NCBI GenBank assembly: GCA_044222185.1
Contig: JBGANV010000006.1
Coordinates: 320,001-384,000 of the forward strand
Direction of reading: 5' to 3'
DNA length: 64,000 nt
From: Planctomycetota bacterium
Lineage (GTDB): Bacteria; Planctomycetota; GCA-002687715; CAIWVZ01
The notes under the pieces were generated by a model. That model had not been told where the DNA came from. It saw nothing but the letters and a program-made list of their open reading frames with translations, and did no database searches. Position numbers and translations under genes: made by a program. This document shows positions 20,339 through 29,979 of this stretch, piece by piece; position 1 is the first letter of the stretch, and every line of letters begins with the position of its first letter.

Positions 20339-21457
20339 ATGAGCCCGAACTGCACCGCACCGGCCTCTCGTCCGAATTCCGTCCTGACCCTGTGCTCGTT
20401 CGTCTTCGTGTTCGCCACATCGTCGATCTCCGCGCAGAACGGTGGCGGAGTAACCGCCGCCGACGCGGAGGTTGACTCGAGCGTGCGCAAGGCCGTCAGG
20501 GTCTGGCTTCGTGCGCGGGAGAGCATTTTCGTGCCGTGCGAGGGCTGCGATGGGAAGGGCGTGACGACCGTCATATGGACGGACGACGGGACCCGCGGAC
20601 TTTCCAGCAGGACGCGGCTTCACGACGGTTGCGGGGGTGTGGGCAAGGTGCTCCGACCTGCGGCACTGCAGGTCGTCAACGGCGTCTACCTTGGTGGCGC
20701 GGCGGAGCGCCCGGGACTCGTCGGCCCGCCACTGAGCGAAGCCGAGATCCGCGTCCAACTCCGGGCGGACCACCGGCCGAACGGGCCGAGCCTGGCGAGA
20801 CTCGAGGGTCGACTTGGAGTCTTGCACGAGCCCGCCGACGTGACGAACGTCGACATCGTGATGAGAAGTGACTTCCTGTCGTGCGTGCGCGTGACGACCA
20901 GCGCGGTGCCAGCGGTGACCGACTGGGTGCGTCTGGACACCCGGTGGTACCTCGTGGGCGAACGGGACCTGGGTCGTCTGATGGCGGATGCCGCCGGACG
21001 GGACGCGGCGCGTCCCGGTTTCCTGGCCGCCGGGCCGTCGAGTCTTCGGGAGGCCGACGCTCGCGCCGCCCGGCGTGCCGAGCGGTCGCGTGCATCCGGC
21101 GGTGACACGCGCCCCCACGTCGAACCACCGAAGCCGGCGTTTCCAACCAAGTGGCAGCGGTTCGACGCATGGGTCCCCACGGGTCTGAACTCGCTGAAGA
21201 TCTCCAACGCTCGCGACGACGTCATGATCGTCGGGATTCGGAGCGGCGGCTCGAAGGTCCGGGGCCTGGACATGGAGTTCCAGCCCCATGCGAAACGCAC
21301 CGTCCGCTTGCCCGTCGGGCAATACACGCTGCTCGTCCACTTCCCATCGGAGCCGGACTCCGTCTACACGGCGGGCGCGGTGGTGATCGGGCCCGACTCG
21401 GCGGCGGAGGTGACCGTGGGTGTCGCCGACGGAAACGGCCGTCTCAAGAAGCTGTGA
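20339..21457 (+). CDS. Secreted hypothetical protein with CxxCxGxG-type zinc-finger-like motif
   Basis: Signal-like N-terminus; CEGCDGKG and HDGCGGVG; GGAG RBS before ATG 20339. Confidence 0.65.
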   Translation: MSPNCTAPASRPNSVLTLCSFVFVFATSSISAQNGGGVTAADAEVDSSVRKAVRVWLRARESIFVPCEGCDGKGVTTVIWTDDGTRGLSSRTRLHDGCGGVGKVLRPAALQVVNGVYLGGAAERPGLVGPPLSEAEIRVQLRADHRPNGPSLARLEGRLGVLHEPADVTNVDIVMRSDFLSCVRVTTSAVPAVTDWVRLDTRWYLVGERDLGRLMADAAGRDAARPGFLAAGPSSLREADARAARRAERSRASGGDTRPHVEPPKPAFPTKWQRFDAWVPTGLNSLKISNARDDVMIVGIRSGGSKVRGLDMEFQPHAKRTVRLPVGQYTLLVHFPSEPDSVYTAGAVVIGPDSAAEVTVGVADGNGRLKKL

Positions 21458-21638
21458 CGCCCGATTGGTCCAGAACACGTCGCGCGCGAGATGAACCGAG
21501 CACCCAGGCTCGAAACTTCATTCCGGGAAGAAGCTGGGCGTGCACGACGTCTCACCTCACGTCAGGACTGACGCCTGGGTCCGGTCATTCCACCCCGGTC
21601 GCGCCAGTTTTCACCGGACTCGAACGGAGCACCGACCG

Positions 21639-21713
21639 ATGATTCGCCGCAACCTCTTGATGATCGTCGCGCTTGCCCTCTTCGTGCTCGTCCTGGTCCG
21701 CGTCTCGGCGTAG
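21639..21713 (+). CDS. Putative 24-aa single-TM small protein (MIRRNLLMIVALALFVLVLVRVSA)
   Basis: ATG preceded by GGAG at 21626-21629; basic-hydrophobic-basic pattern; absent from the ORF track. Confidence 0.5.
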   Translation: MIRRNLLMIVALALFVLVLVRVSA

Positions 21714-21830
21714 ACGGGCGTGGGCCGGGTGATCGTCCGGCGCTGGCAGCCCTGACCCGTTGGCCGACCCGAGGAGCTTGATACCTTCGAGGCCCCGCAC
21801 CGCGCGCCGGTGCATCCTCGAGACAGGCTC

Positions 21831-22382
21831 ATGCAAATCAACGCACTCGACCTCCGCAAAGGCAACCTCGTCCGCTACGAGGGAAACATCTGCGAGGTGG
21901 TCTATTGGAACATCCTGAAGAACGACCGACGCCAGTTCGTCCAGATGAGGATCAAGAACCTCACCACCGGTCGCATCACTGAGCTCAAGGAACATGGCGA
22001 TTCGAAGTTCGAGAACCTCGAGAACGAGGTCGTCGAGCTCTCGCACTCGTACCGGGACGGCAACGACGACGTCTTCTACACGCCGGAAGGCGAGGAACAC
22101 CGTTGCTCGCACGACGTCGCCGCCGAGACGCTCAAGTGGAAGTCGGACGCCTACAAGGGCTTCGTCGTCGAAGGCCGACTCGTCACCGTGTCGCCACCGC
22201 AGACCGTCGTCGCCGTCGTGACGGATACGGCACCGCCGATGAAGGGCCAGAATCAGTCGGGCCTGAAGGACGCCATGCTGGACAACGGCATCAAGGTCCG
22301 CGTCGGCCTGCTGACCCAGGTCGGTGACAAGGTCCGCCTCGACCCGGACACGCTCGAGTTCAAGGAGCGCGTCACGTCGTGA
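21831..22382 (+). CDS. efp: Elongation factor P-like protein (atypical paralogue)
   Basis: 183 aa; DLRKG, FVQMRIKNLTTG, VTDTAPPMKG, KDAMLDNGIKVRV and GDKVRLD...EFKER match the three EF-P domains. Confidence 0.85.
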   Translation: MQINALDLRKGNLVRYEGNICEVVYWNILKNDRRQFVQMRIKNLTTGRITELKEHGDSKFENLENEVVELSHSYRDGNDDVFYTPEGEEHRCSHDVAAETLKWKSDAYKGFVVEGRLVTVSPPQTVVAVVTDTAPPMKGQNQSGLKDAMLDNGIKVRVGLLTQVGDKVRLDPDTLEFKERVTS

Positions 22383-22433
22383 CCTGACGCGGGCGCGGGA
22401 GCCTGCACGGCGACCGCCCCAGTCGGCCTCGGG

Positions 22434-22844
22434 CTACACCGCCCCCCGCGAGCCCGTGAGCTCGCGGACGTCGTCCACGTAGGACGACTCCAGGATGGCG
22501 GACGCGCGGTGGGCGAGCGCCAGGCGGAACAGGCGCGCCTTCAACGATCGCGGCGACTCCCGCTGCTGGTTCACCGCTTCCAGGTGTTGGACGAAGTCGT
22601 CGCGCTCCGACGTCGTCACCTGATTTCGGAGCACGTCGAACGCCTGCATGGCTGCCGTCACCACCGTCGCCGGAGTCGACGTCCGGTCGAGAGCGGTGTC
22701 GATCAGATTCAGCACATGAACTGGCGGGCGACCTTCTTCGATCGCCGAGCGGATGTCCTGGTAGAGCGCCGGGGAACGTTCGAGGATGAGGAGGCGCTGA
22801 CGTTCCCAAACGCGCCTGATTTCATGCTGATCACGAGCTTCCAC
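22434..22844 (-). CDS. YbgA/DUF1722-like small protein
   Basis: WERQRLLILERSPALYQDIR and ERDDFVQHLE...LFRLALAHRASAILESSY resemble DUF1722; GGGAG RBS before GTG 22844. Confidence 0.55.
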   Translation of the reverse strand: MEARDQHEIRRVWERQRLLILERSPALYQDIRSAIEEGRPPVHVLNLIDTALDRTSTPATVVTAAMQAFDVLRNQVTTSERDDFVQHLEAVNQQRESPRSLKARLFRLALAHRASAILESSYVDDVRELTGSRGAV

Positions 22845-23082
22845 GCACCGGACTCCCTGCGGCTGCGTCGCTCGTGGCCAGATTGGCAGGTGGGCCCGAG
22901 GGATCGCAACGACGCGACGTCGATTCTTCTCGCTCCGACGACGTCGCCCGTTTCGCGACGCCCATCGTAGATGTGGCGCGCATCGTCTCAAGTCGGCGCG
23001 GCCCAGGTCAAGTCGTCCACGGAGCGCCGCCCCGGCCCGCGATCGTCTGGCATAATCCGCCGCTCACTTCGCGGAGATTCCT

Positions 23083-25026
23083 CTGAGCCGAACGCGCTTC
23101 GAAGTTCTTGCCCGCATCGACGCGATCTGCGAGGTGTACGAGGCCGACCTTCGACGAGGCGCCGCACCGTCGATCGAAGCGCTCGCGCGCGGCTGGGAGG
23201 GTCGCGACCGGGATCTCCTCCTTCGGCACCTGCTCGAACTCGAAGCCGACTACCGGGGTCAGAAGGATCCGCCGACGCCGACGCCCTCCGCGGCCGCAGC
23301 GACGATCGGCATCACCTTGCCCAGCGGCGACCGGTTCCACGTCGTGCGCGAGATCGGGCGCGGCGGCATGGGCGTCGTCTATGAAGCGTTCGACCGGGCG
23401 TTCGGGCGCCGCGTCGCGCTCAAGCTCCTGCCGGGATCGATGCAGGCCGACGCCGCGCACGTCGCCCGTTTCCGCCGCGAGGCTCGGGCCGCAGCCCGCC
23501 TGCACCACGAGAACATCGTCCCGGTTTTCGAGGTGGGGGCTGGCGATACGGGCACGGCGTCCTGGTACAGCATGCTGTTGGTGGACGGCCGTTCGCTTGA
23601 TCAGGTCCTCGCGCTGACGGGCCGTGCCAACACCGCCGCGCCCGACAGTGTGGCGGGGAGCGGAGAAGGATCGGACCCCGATGCGCCCCACCGCGTCGAC
23701 CGCGACTTCTGCGAGTCGTGGCACCGCCACCGTCCACGGTATTTCATCAACGTCGCGCGGATCGGAGTCCAGGTCGCGGATGCCCTCGCCTACGCTCACA
23801 CCGAGGGCGTGGTCCACCGAGACGTGAAGCCGCCGAACCTGCTGCTCGACGGCAGCGGGACCGTCTGGGTGACCGATTTCGGCCTGGCGAAAACGGAGGT
23901 GACGGACATCACGAAGGCGGGAGACGTCCTCGGCACCCTGCGCTACATGGCTCCCGAACGCTTCGCGGGCCGATCGGACGCCCGCGCCGACATCTATGGC
24001 CTCGGCATCGTCCTCTTCGAGCTCCTGACGCTGCAACGCGCATTCGGGGACGGCGACTCGGCCACGGTCATCGGCCGGATCCAGCAGGCTGCGGTGCCGC
24101 GGCCGACGGACGTGGATCCGTCGATCCCGCGGGACCTGGCCCGCGTCGTCGAGAAGGCCATCGCGCGCGATCCGGACCAGCGCTACTCGACGGCCGGCGA
24201 GTTGGGCGCTGACCTCCGACGCTTCCTCGACGGGCGGCCCGTCACCGCTGAGCGTGTGTCGCCCCTGCGGGCGTTCGGCCTCTGGGCGCGTCGCCATGGG
24301 TCGCTCGCTTTCGGGATCGGCGTCGCTTCGCTCGTGGTGGTCGCGTTGCTGGCGGGCACCATCGGCGTGGCATCGTCGTTCCGGCGCGAACGGGACCGCG
24401 AGAAAGCCCTCCGTCAGGAGTCGGAGCGCACGCGCATCGCGCTGTCGAGTGCGATGTACGCCCGCGAGGTCTTCCTGGCTGGAATCGACGTGCGGGAGGT
24501 GGGCGGGCGCGCGCGCATGCGCTCCAAACTGGATGCAGCCGCAGCGCTGGCGGCATCCGCCGGGTTGCCCCGCGGGTGGGAGTGGTTCTGGCTCGATGGC
24601 GTGGCGTGGGGCGAACGGCTGACGAGGGACGAGCCCGCGACGCGCCCACCCCTGCCGGTGCTTCCGATCCGCCCAGCCGCGGCGGACGCAGCCGTCGCGA
24701 GCCCGGACGGCCGTCTCGAGGCCGTCATCGCCCCCGACGATTCGATCCACCTCGTCGATCGCAGCACGCACGCAACCCTTCGCGTGTTGTCGGGGCACAC
24801 CCGCATGGTTCGCTGCGTCGCCTGGCATCCCCGAGAAGCGCGACTGGCGTCGATCGGAGACGACGCATTCGTGCGCCTCTGGGATTCGGAGTCGGGCGCC
24901 GAGTTGCTCGCGCTGGTGCTTCCGGCATCTGGCGTCTCCGTCGCGTGGAGCGAGGACGGCCGCGAACTCACCGCGCGCTGCGACGACGGCGCTCTCCGGC
25001 ACTGGCGCGCACCGCCGCCGAAATGA
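23083..25026 (+). CDS. Ser/Thr protein kinase with TM helix and short WD40 tail
   Basis: IGRGGMGVVY, VHRDVKPPN, DFGLAK, GTLRYMAPE; WD40 LSGHTRMVRCVAW...VRLWD. Start uncertain (CTG 23083 or GTG 23134). Confidence 0.9.
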   Translation: MSRTRFEVLARIDAICEVYEADLRRGAAPSIEALARGWEGRDRDLLLRHLLELEADYRGQKDPPTPTPSAAAATIGITLPSGDRFHVVREIGRGGMGVVYEAFDRAFGRRVALKLLPGSMQADAAHVARFRREARAAARLHHENIVPVFEVGAGDTGTASWYSMLLVDGRSLDQVLALTGRANTAAPDSVAGSGEGSDPDAPHRVDRDFCESWHRHRPRYFINVARIGVQVADALAYAHTEGVVHRDVKPPNLLLDGSGTVWVTDFGLAKTEVTDITKAGDVLGTLRYMAPERFAGRSDARADIYGLGIVLFELLTLQRAFGDGDSATVIGRIQQAAVPRPTDVDPSIPRDLARVVEKAIARDPDQRYSTAGELGADLRRFLDGRPVTAERVSPLRAFGLWARRHGSLAFGIGVASLVVVALLAGTIGVASSFRRERDREKALRQESERTRIALSSAMYAREVFLAGIDVREVGGRARMRSKLDAAAALAASAGLPRGWEWFWLDGVAWGERLTRDEPATRPPLPVLPIRPAAADAAVASPDGRLEAVIAPDDSIHLVDRSTHATLRVLSGHTRMVRCVAWHPREARLASIGDDAFVRLWDSESGAELLALVLPASGVSVAWSEDGRELTARCDDGALRHWRAPPPK

Positions 25027-25029
25027 GAA

Positions 25030-25061
25030 CGGGCGCGACGGATCGAAATCCGCCGCGCCCG
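25030..25061. terminator. Hairpin between convergent kinase and LamG genes
   Basis: CGGGCGCG-A-CGGAT-CGAA-ATCCG-C-CGCGCCCG. Confidence 0.45.
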
Positions 25062-25124
25062 CCGACGTGCCACCGTTGCGTACCCCCGATCCGGCGGCCG
25101 TCGTCTTCTCCTGATCTCCTTCCC

Positions 25125-26939
25125 TCAGTTGAACGTGAAGCGGTTGACCGGCGTCACGACCATGTCGAAGGCCGGCGCGGTGACGATCCCGACGCCCATG
25201 AAGTCCAGCGTGGTGCCGACGGGGAGCGACGCGCCCACGAGCGTCCCCGTGGGATAGAGCGCCGGGGCGACCGGGTAGGTCCAGTGGAAGACGTTCCCCG
25301 GACCCGCGGGCACCGCGATGATGGCGAACGTCAGGGCGTCCGGGTTCAGGCCGAGACCGGGGCCGAATCCCGTCGGGAGAGACGTGTCGAAGCTCACGAG
25401 GGTGTAGCCCTCGCTGACGTTGGCCGGCACACCCGACAGCGACAGGCTCAGCGGCCCGCCACCCGCCACGTTCGACGCGACGACGCGGAACGGCGTGCGG
25501 AAGACGTCCGCGAAGCCGGCGTTGCCGCCGAACGACGTGCCGTTGTTGCCGCCCGTCGAGTCCGTGAAGTTGCCGTCCATGTGGTACGACGCCGCGAGGC
25601 CGTACACGTTGTCGAGCGTGGCGTCCATGTTGTTGGCGATGGCCGCACCCGTCCGGGCCACGGTCCACACGCGGACTTCATCGATGATGGCGTCGACCAC
25701 GGACCCCGTGAAGAGCGCATGCCGGCCGATGCCCATCGGATCCGACGACTGGCGCACGAGCTGGCCGAGCAGGGGCGTCGGCGAGTTGATCTGCGTCGTG
25801 CTGGCGGCGACGAGCAGGCCATTGACGTAGAGCCTGATGGCTCCCTCGGACGCCGAGTAGGTGCCCGCGACGTGGTACCAGGTGGACAGGGTCACGGGCG
25901 TCGACGATTGCACCAGGGCCCACCCGCATGGGCCGGCCGGACCAGTGAAGACGCTGAAGGCGAAGACTCCGCTGCTCAGGCTCAATTCCCAGCTCCGCGC
26001 CGTCGTGCAGGCGACCCCGTCGCCCTTTTCCACGATGTAGCCGCTGCTCGTGCCCGTCGGCATGACCCACGCCTCGACGGTCATCTCGGTCGCGTTCATG
26101 AGGCTCGCCGCGCTCGGCACCTGGGCGCCGTTGCCCGGGTTGGTGAAGAACGCCTTGTTCGGGACGTCCCAGCCAGCCGTGGCGGAGTACGTTGCGCCGT
26201 TCAGCAATGCCGCGTGATTCGTTCCGATGGTGTCGAGTCCATTTCCGTTGAAGTTGACGGACGTCACGAGGCCCGGCGATGAGAACGTGATTTCGGCGTC
26301 GATCGTGCCGCGGATCTGCGCCTGGGTGCGCGCGACGTTCCAGACGCGCAGCGCGTCGACTTCCCCGCCCAACATGTTCGGGCCACCAGCGATCGGCCCG
26401 ATCGTGCCGACGCGAACCGCCTGTGACGACTGGCGGAGTGTGTGGCCGGCCATGGGTGCCCCGGCTGGATTGTGGAGCGTCGTCTGGGATTCGAGCAGGA
26501 CGCCGTCGAGGTAGATGCTGGCGATGCCCGGCGAGCTGGCGTAGGTCAGCGCGACGTGATGCCACGTGTTGGCCGTCACCTTCTTCGTCGACGAGTTGAG
26601 GAACCGAGCCTCGCCGGAAGCGGCCGTCCCGAAGAGGAGGAGCGCCTCGATCCGCCCGTCAGCCGCGAGGAGGATGTCGTAGGCGCGATCGGTGAAGATG
26701 CTGCCGCCGTCGCCCTTCGTGACGAGCCACTTGGAGACGCCGATCTGGTTGGTCTTGAACCAGAACTCCACGGTGAAGGCCGTCGGATTCTGCAGCCCGG
26801 CGGCGGAGGGGATGCTGGCGAGATCGTTGGCCCCGTCCAGGAGGAGGGCCTGGTTCTGGGCCTGGGTCGTCGCGACGACCCCGCAGAAGGCGAGTGCGAA
26901 TGCGAGTGACATCGAACGACGGGATGTGACTGCGGACAT
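25125..26939 (-). CDS. Secreted protein with two LamG/concanavalin-A-like domains and C-terminal domain (type A)
   Basis: Signal peptide ending AQ; twice TVExW...WxHVAxTY...xYxxG...DxxRVWxVART. Confidence 0.88.
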   Translation of the reverse strand: MSAVTSRRSMSLAFALAFCGVVATTQAQNQALLLDGANDLASIPSAAGLQNPTAFTVEFWFKTNQIGVSKWLVTKGDGGSIFTDRAYDILLAADGRIEALLLFGTAASGEARFLNSSTKKVTANTWHHVALTYASSPGIASIYLDGVLLESQTTLHNPAGAPMAGHTLRQSSQAVRVGTIGPIAGGPNMLGGEVDALRVWNVARTQAQIRGTIDAEITFSSPGLVTSVNFNGNGLDTIGTNHAALLNGATYSATAGWDVPNKAFFTNPGNGAQVPSAASLMNATEMTVEAWVMPTGTSSGYIVEKGDGVACTTARSWELSLSSGVFAFSVFTGPAGPCGWALVQSSTPVTLSTWYHVAGTYSASEGAIRLYVNGLLVAASTTQINSPTPLLGQLVRQSSDPMGIGRHALFTGSVVDAIIDEVRVWTVARTGAAIANNMDATLDNVYGLAASYHMDGNFTDSTGGNNGTSFGGNAGFADVFRTPFRVVASNVAGGGPLSLSLSGVPANVSEGYTLVSFDTSLPTGFGPGLGLNPDALTFAIIAVPAGPGNVFHWTYPVAPALYPTGTLVGASLPVGTTLDFMGVGIVTAPAFDMVVTPVNRFTFN

Positions 26940-27173
26940 AGGGATTCCTTTCCTCGAACGGACCATGCGTGGGAACCAGCCCGGGAACATCGGCGTCGGT
27001 GGCGACGGCCACGGTGGCACGCGCCATCCGGGACGCCCTGCGGGCCGGACACCCCTTCCTCACGCACGGGGGCGATCACCCCTCATGCGGCATGGATCTT
27101 TCGCGGCACCGGCTCCTTGGCGCTGGTGCGGAATCCCGTCGATCTGGCCGGCACGGCGGTGCCGAGCGGTCGA

Positions 27174-29687
27174 TCAGAGGCTCAGGATGGTCATGGGTTC
27201 GAGGTTCGTCAGACGGCCCGCCGCCGGAATCCAGGCCTGGCAGTAGATCGTCACGCCCACGTAGCTCGCGCCCGCGGGGACGATGGCTCCGAACGTGGCA
27301 GGACCATTCGCCGGGATGAACCCCGTCGTCGTGAATCCGAGGAGGTTCGGGTCGACCAGCAACGTGCCGGCGCTCCCGAGCGGAGTCGACACCGATCCGC
27401 CGGACGCTGCGAGCAGGTAGGCGGCGTTCGGCGGTCCGAAGATCTCGAGCGAGGCCGGGCGCCCGGGTCGCGGCAGGTCTCCGCGGGAGAGGTGGCGCAG
27501 CGTGTTGGAGTAGATCCGGCCGGTGCCAAGGAGGATGTCGAGATCTCCGTCCCTGTCGAGGTCGAGGACGTCGGGAGCGCGGAGTCCGAAGGGCGTTGCG
27601 GGCGGCACTGCCACCGTCGCGGCACCGGAGCCGCTTCCGAAAGTCTGCGGTGGGGCGAACGTGAGGTTGCCCAGGGTCTGGACCCACGCCGCGTTGCCGA
27701 TGACGTCCAAGTCCCCATCCTCGTCGACGTCGGCCAATCGGATTCGACCAAGGTCGCCGCCGAGGATGTTCCAAGCGAGCGCGAACGTCCCACTGCCGAC
27801 GTTGCGCCAGACCTGCCCGCCGAAGACGGCGTCGTTGTCTCCATCGCCATCGAGATCGCCGACGGCGACGCCGACTGCGGTGCCGGGCGCGAAACTCGTC
27901 GACTGGACGAAGACGCCTCCGCCGAGGTTCACGAAGAGACGGCTTTGGGTCGCGAGGCTTCCGGCGGCATCGGCTTCGAAGATGTCGAGGTCCCCGTCAC
28001 CATCCGCATCGCCGAGCGCGAGGTCACCCGCGAACGTGTTGGCTCCAGGTAGGAGCGCCGGTGTCCACGCGGTCCCGCCGTTCCCGTTCCAGAGGATCAT
28101 GCAGGGGACCGCCGGGGAGCCATTGTAGAAATACGGCCTCCGCGCGAGCGCGAGGTCGAGGTCCCCGTCCCCATCGAGATCTCCGGCGTGCGCCGTCCAC
28201 GTGTCCCCGCCTGCTGGAATCGTCGCTGCGAGACTCCACGTCCCACCGGAGTTCACGAAGTACTCGCTCACCGTTCCGAACGCCGGACCCGGCTTCATCA
28301 CGTCGAGGTCTCCGTCGCCGTCCGCATCGAACGCGATCCAGTCCGTCACCCCGAGGGAGGTCGGTATGGTTTGCGGACCCAGCTGGAATCTCGCGTTGCC
28401 GTCGTTCATCCCGGTCACGAGCTGCGTCGTGCCCGCGGAGGCCGTGAGGGCGAGGACATCGGGGGTGCCGTCGGCGTTCAGATCACCGAAACCATGGGCC
28501 CCGACGAATGACGGCGGCATGGCCTGGACGTGGGGTACGAGCGCGTTCTGACCGGTATTGAAGTACACCTCCTGCCGGAACGCGAGGAATGCGATGTCGA
28601 TGTCGCCGTCGCCGTCGAAGTCGCCGCGCGCGACCGACGCTGGTAGTCCCGATGCCTGGAGCGAGAGCGTCTGGATGGGTGCGGAGACCGCCCCGCTGGG
28701 GCTCACGAGGCGCAGATCGAGAGCCGCGCCTGCGCTCGTCACCAAGTCCGGGCGCCCGTCGCCGTCCAGGTCCACGGGTAGGAGGATCGCTGGAGATCCC
28801 GCAAGAGCGAGGAACGTACTCGCGAAGACGCCGCCCGGCCGCGTGAGCTGCACCTCGATGCCGTTCCCAGCGAGCGACGACTGGCGGGCGATCACCAGAT
28901 CCAAGAACCCGTCCCCATCGCAGTCGGCGACCGCGGCCTCCCGGCACCCGATCGCGGTGCCGAGGTTCGTGGGAGCGTACGCGAAGGTCCCTGCCGTGTT
29001 GACGGCGACCAGGCGCGCGGTTGCGGTGTATTCGGCGTTGAGTCCGACGACATCCAGATCGCCGTCGTGATCGATGTCGAGGAGGTGGACGATGCCGGCG
29101 AGGGGAGGCGTGGACGGCAGGCTCGTCGGAGCGTTCGTGAACGTCGCACTTCCGTTGTTGAGCCAGAGTGCCGCAGGCAACGGGATGTAGTTGTGGGGGG
29201 ACTGTGCGATCAACGAGAGGACCAGGTCCTGGTCGCCGTCGCCGTCGACGTCACCCGCGGCGATCGACACGACGACCGCGCCGAGCGCCAGCGTCGGTCC
29301 CGGGGTTGCCGCCGCGAAGAATCCGCCGCCGGTGTTCCGGAACATGAGAACGGTCCCCTGGCTGCTGAAGCCCACGAGGTCGAGACTGCCGTTTCCGTCC
29401 AGGTCGACGGCGCGGACTGCGCCGCTCCGGGCGAAGCCGAATGACGGGCTTCCGGACACGGCGGTGAACCGTGCCTGGCCGTCGTTGAGGTGGACTCCGC
29501 TGCTGCACACGAGGTCCTGGTCGCCGTCGCCGTCCACGTCGAAGGAGATGAGGGGCGCGCCGGCCTCAGCCGTCAGGGGTTCCTCGAGGGCACGAAAGAG
29601 CGGCGACTGAGCCGGCAAGTGCGCGCCGAGGACTCCGAGGGCGAGGAATGCGACAAGTCCGAGGATCGTCTTCGAGAGGGCCCGCAT
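27174..29687 (-). CDS. Secreted FG-GAP/VCBS repeat protein with C-terminal domain (type B)
   Basis: Signal peptide; more than 10 DxDGDGDxD motifs. Confidence 0.9.
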   Translation of the reverse strand: MRALSKTILGLVAFLALGVLGAHLPAQSPLFRALEEPLTAEAGAPLISFDVDGDGDQDLVCSSGVHLNDGQARFTAVSGSPSFGFARSGAVRAVDLDGNGSLDLVGFSSQGTVLMFRNTGGGFFAAATPGPTLALGAVVVSIAAGDVDGDGDQDLVLSLIAQSPHNYIPLPAALWLNNGSATFTNAPTSLPSTPPLAGIVHLLDIDHDGDLDVVGLNAEYTATARLVAVNTAGTFAYAPTNLGTAIGCREAAVADCDGDGFLDLVIARQSSLAGNGIEVQLTRPGGVFASTFLALAGSPAILLPVDLDGDGRPDLVTSAGAALDLRLVSPSGAVSAPIQTLSLQASGLPASVARGDFDGDGDIDIAFLAFRQEVYFNTGQNALVPHVQAMPPSFVGAHGFGDLNADGTPDVLALTASAGTTQLVTGMNDGNARFQLGPQTIPTSLGVTDWIAFDADGDGDLDVMKPGPAFGTVSEYFVNSGGTWSLAATIPAGGDTWTAHAGDLDGDGDLDLALARRPYFYNGSPAVPCMILWNGNGGTAWTPALLPGANTFAGDLALGDADGDGDLDIFEADAAGSLATQSRLFVNLGGGVFVQSTSFAPGTAVGVAVGDLDGDGDNDAVFGGQVWRNVGSGTFALAWNILGGDLGRIRLADVDEDGDLDVIGNAAWVQTLGNLTFAPPQTFGSGSGAATVAVPPATPFGLRAPDVLDLDRDGDLDILLGTGRIYSNTLRHLSRGDLPRPGRPASLEIFGPPNAAYLLAASGGSVSTPLGSAGTLLVDPNLLGFTTTGFIPANGPATFGAIVPAGASYVGVTIYCQAWIPAAGRLTNLEPMTILSL

Positions 29688-29979
29688 GGTTCACCTGTCG
29701 GCGCCGTGAGCAACCGCGGTGCCGCGGGGGTTTTCCCGCGAATCCAGGCAGCCTCCGTTCCAAGGGCGTTACCCGGGCGTAGCTTTCGACCCCGCGGCCC
29801 GCGTGGCGCCGCCGGCTGGCGCACCGAGGACGCGGTCGGGCCGTCCGATTTCGTCAGGGCGCCGTTCTCGGAACGGCCCCGATTTCGTCTCCGCCCGGTA
29901 ATCCCCGGCCGGAAGCCACACGGTGTGTGGTCCGAGAAACACCCCCGAAAAGCGTCCCAAACCCACGGAGACAAACATC

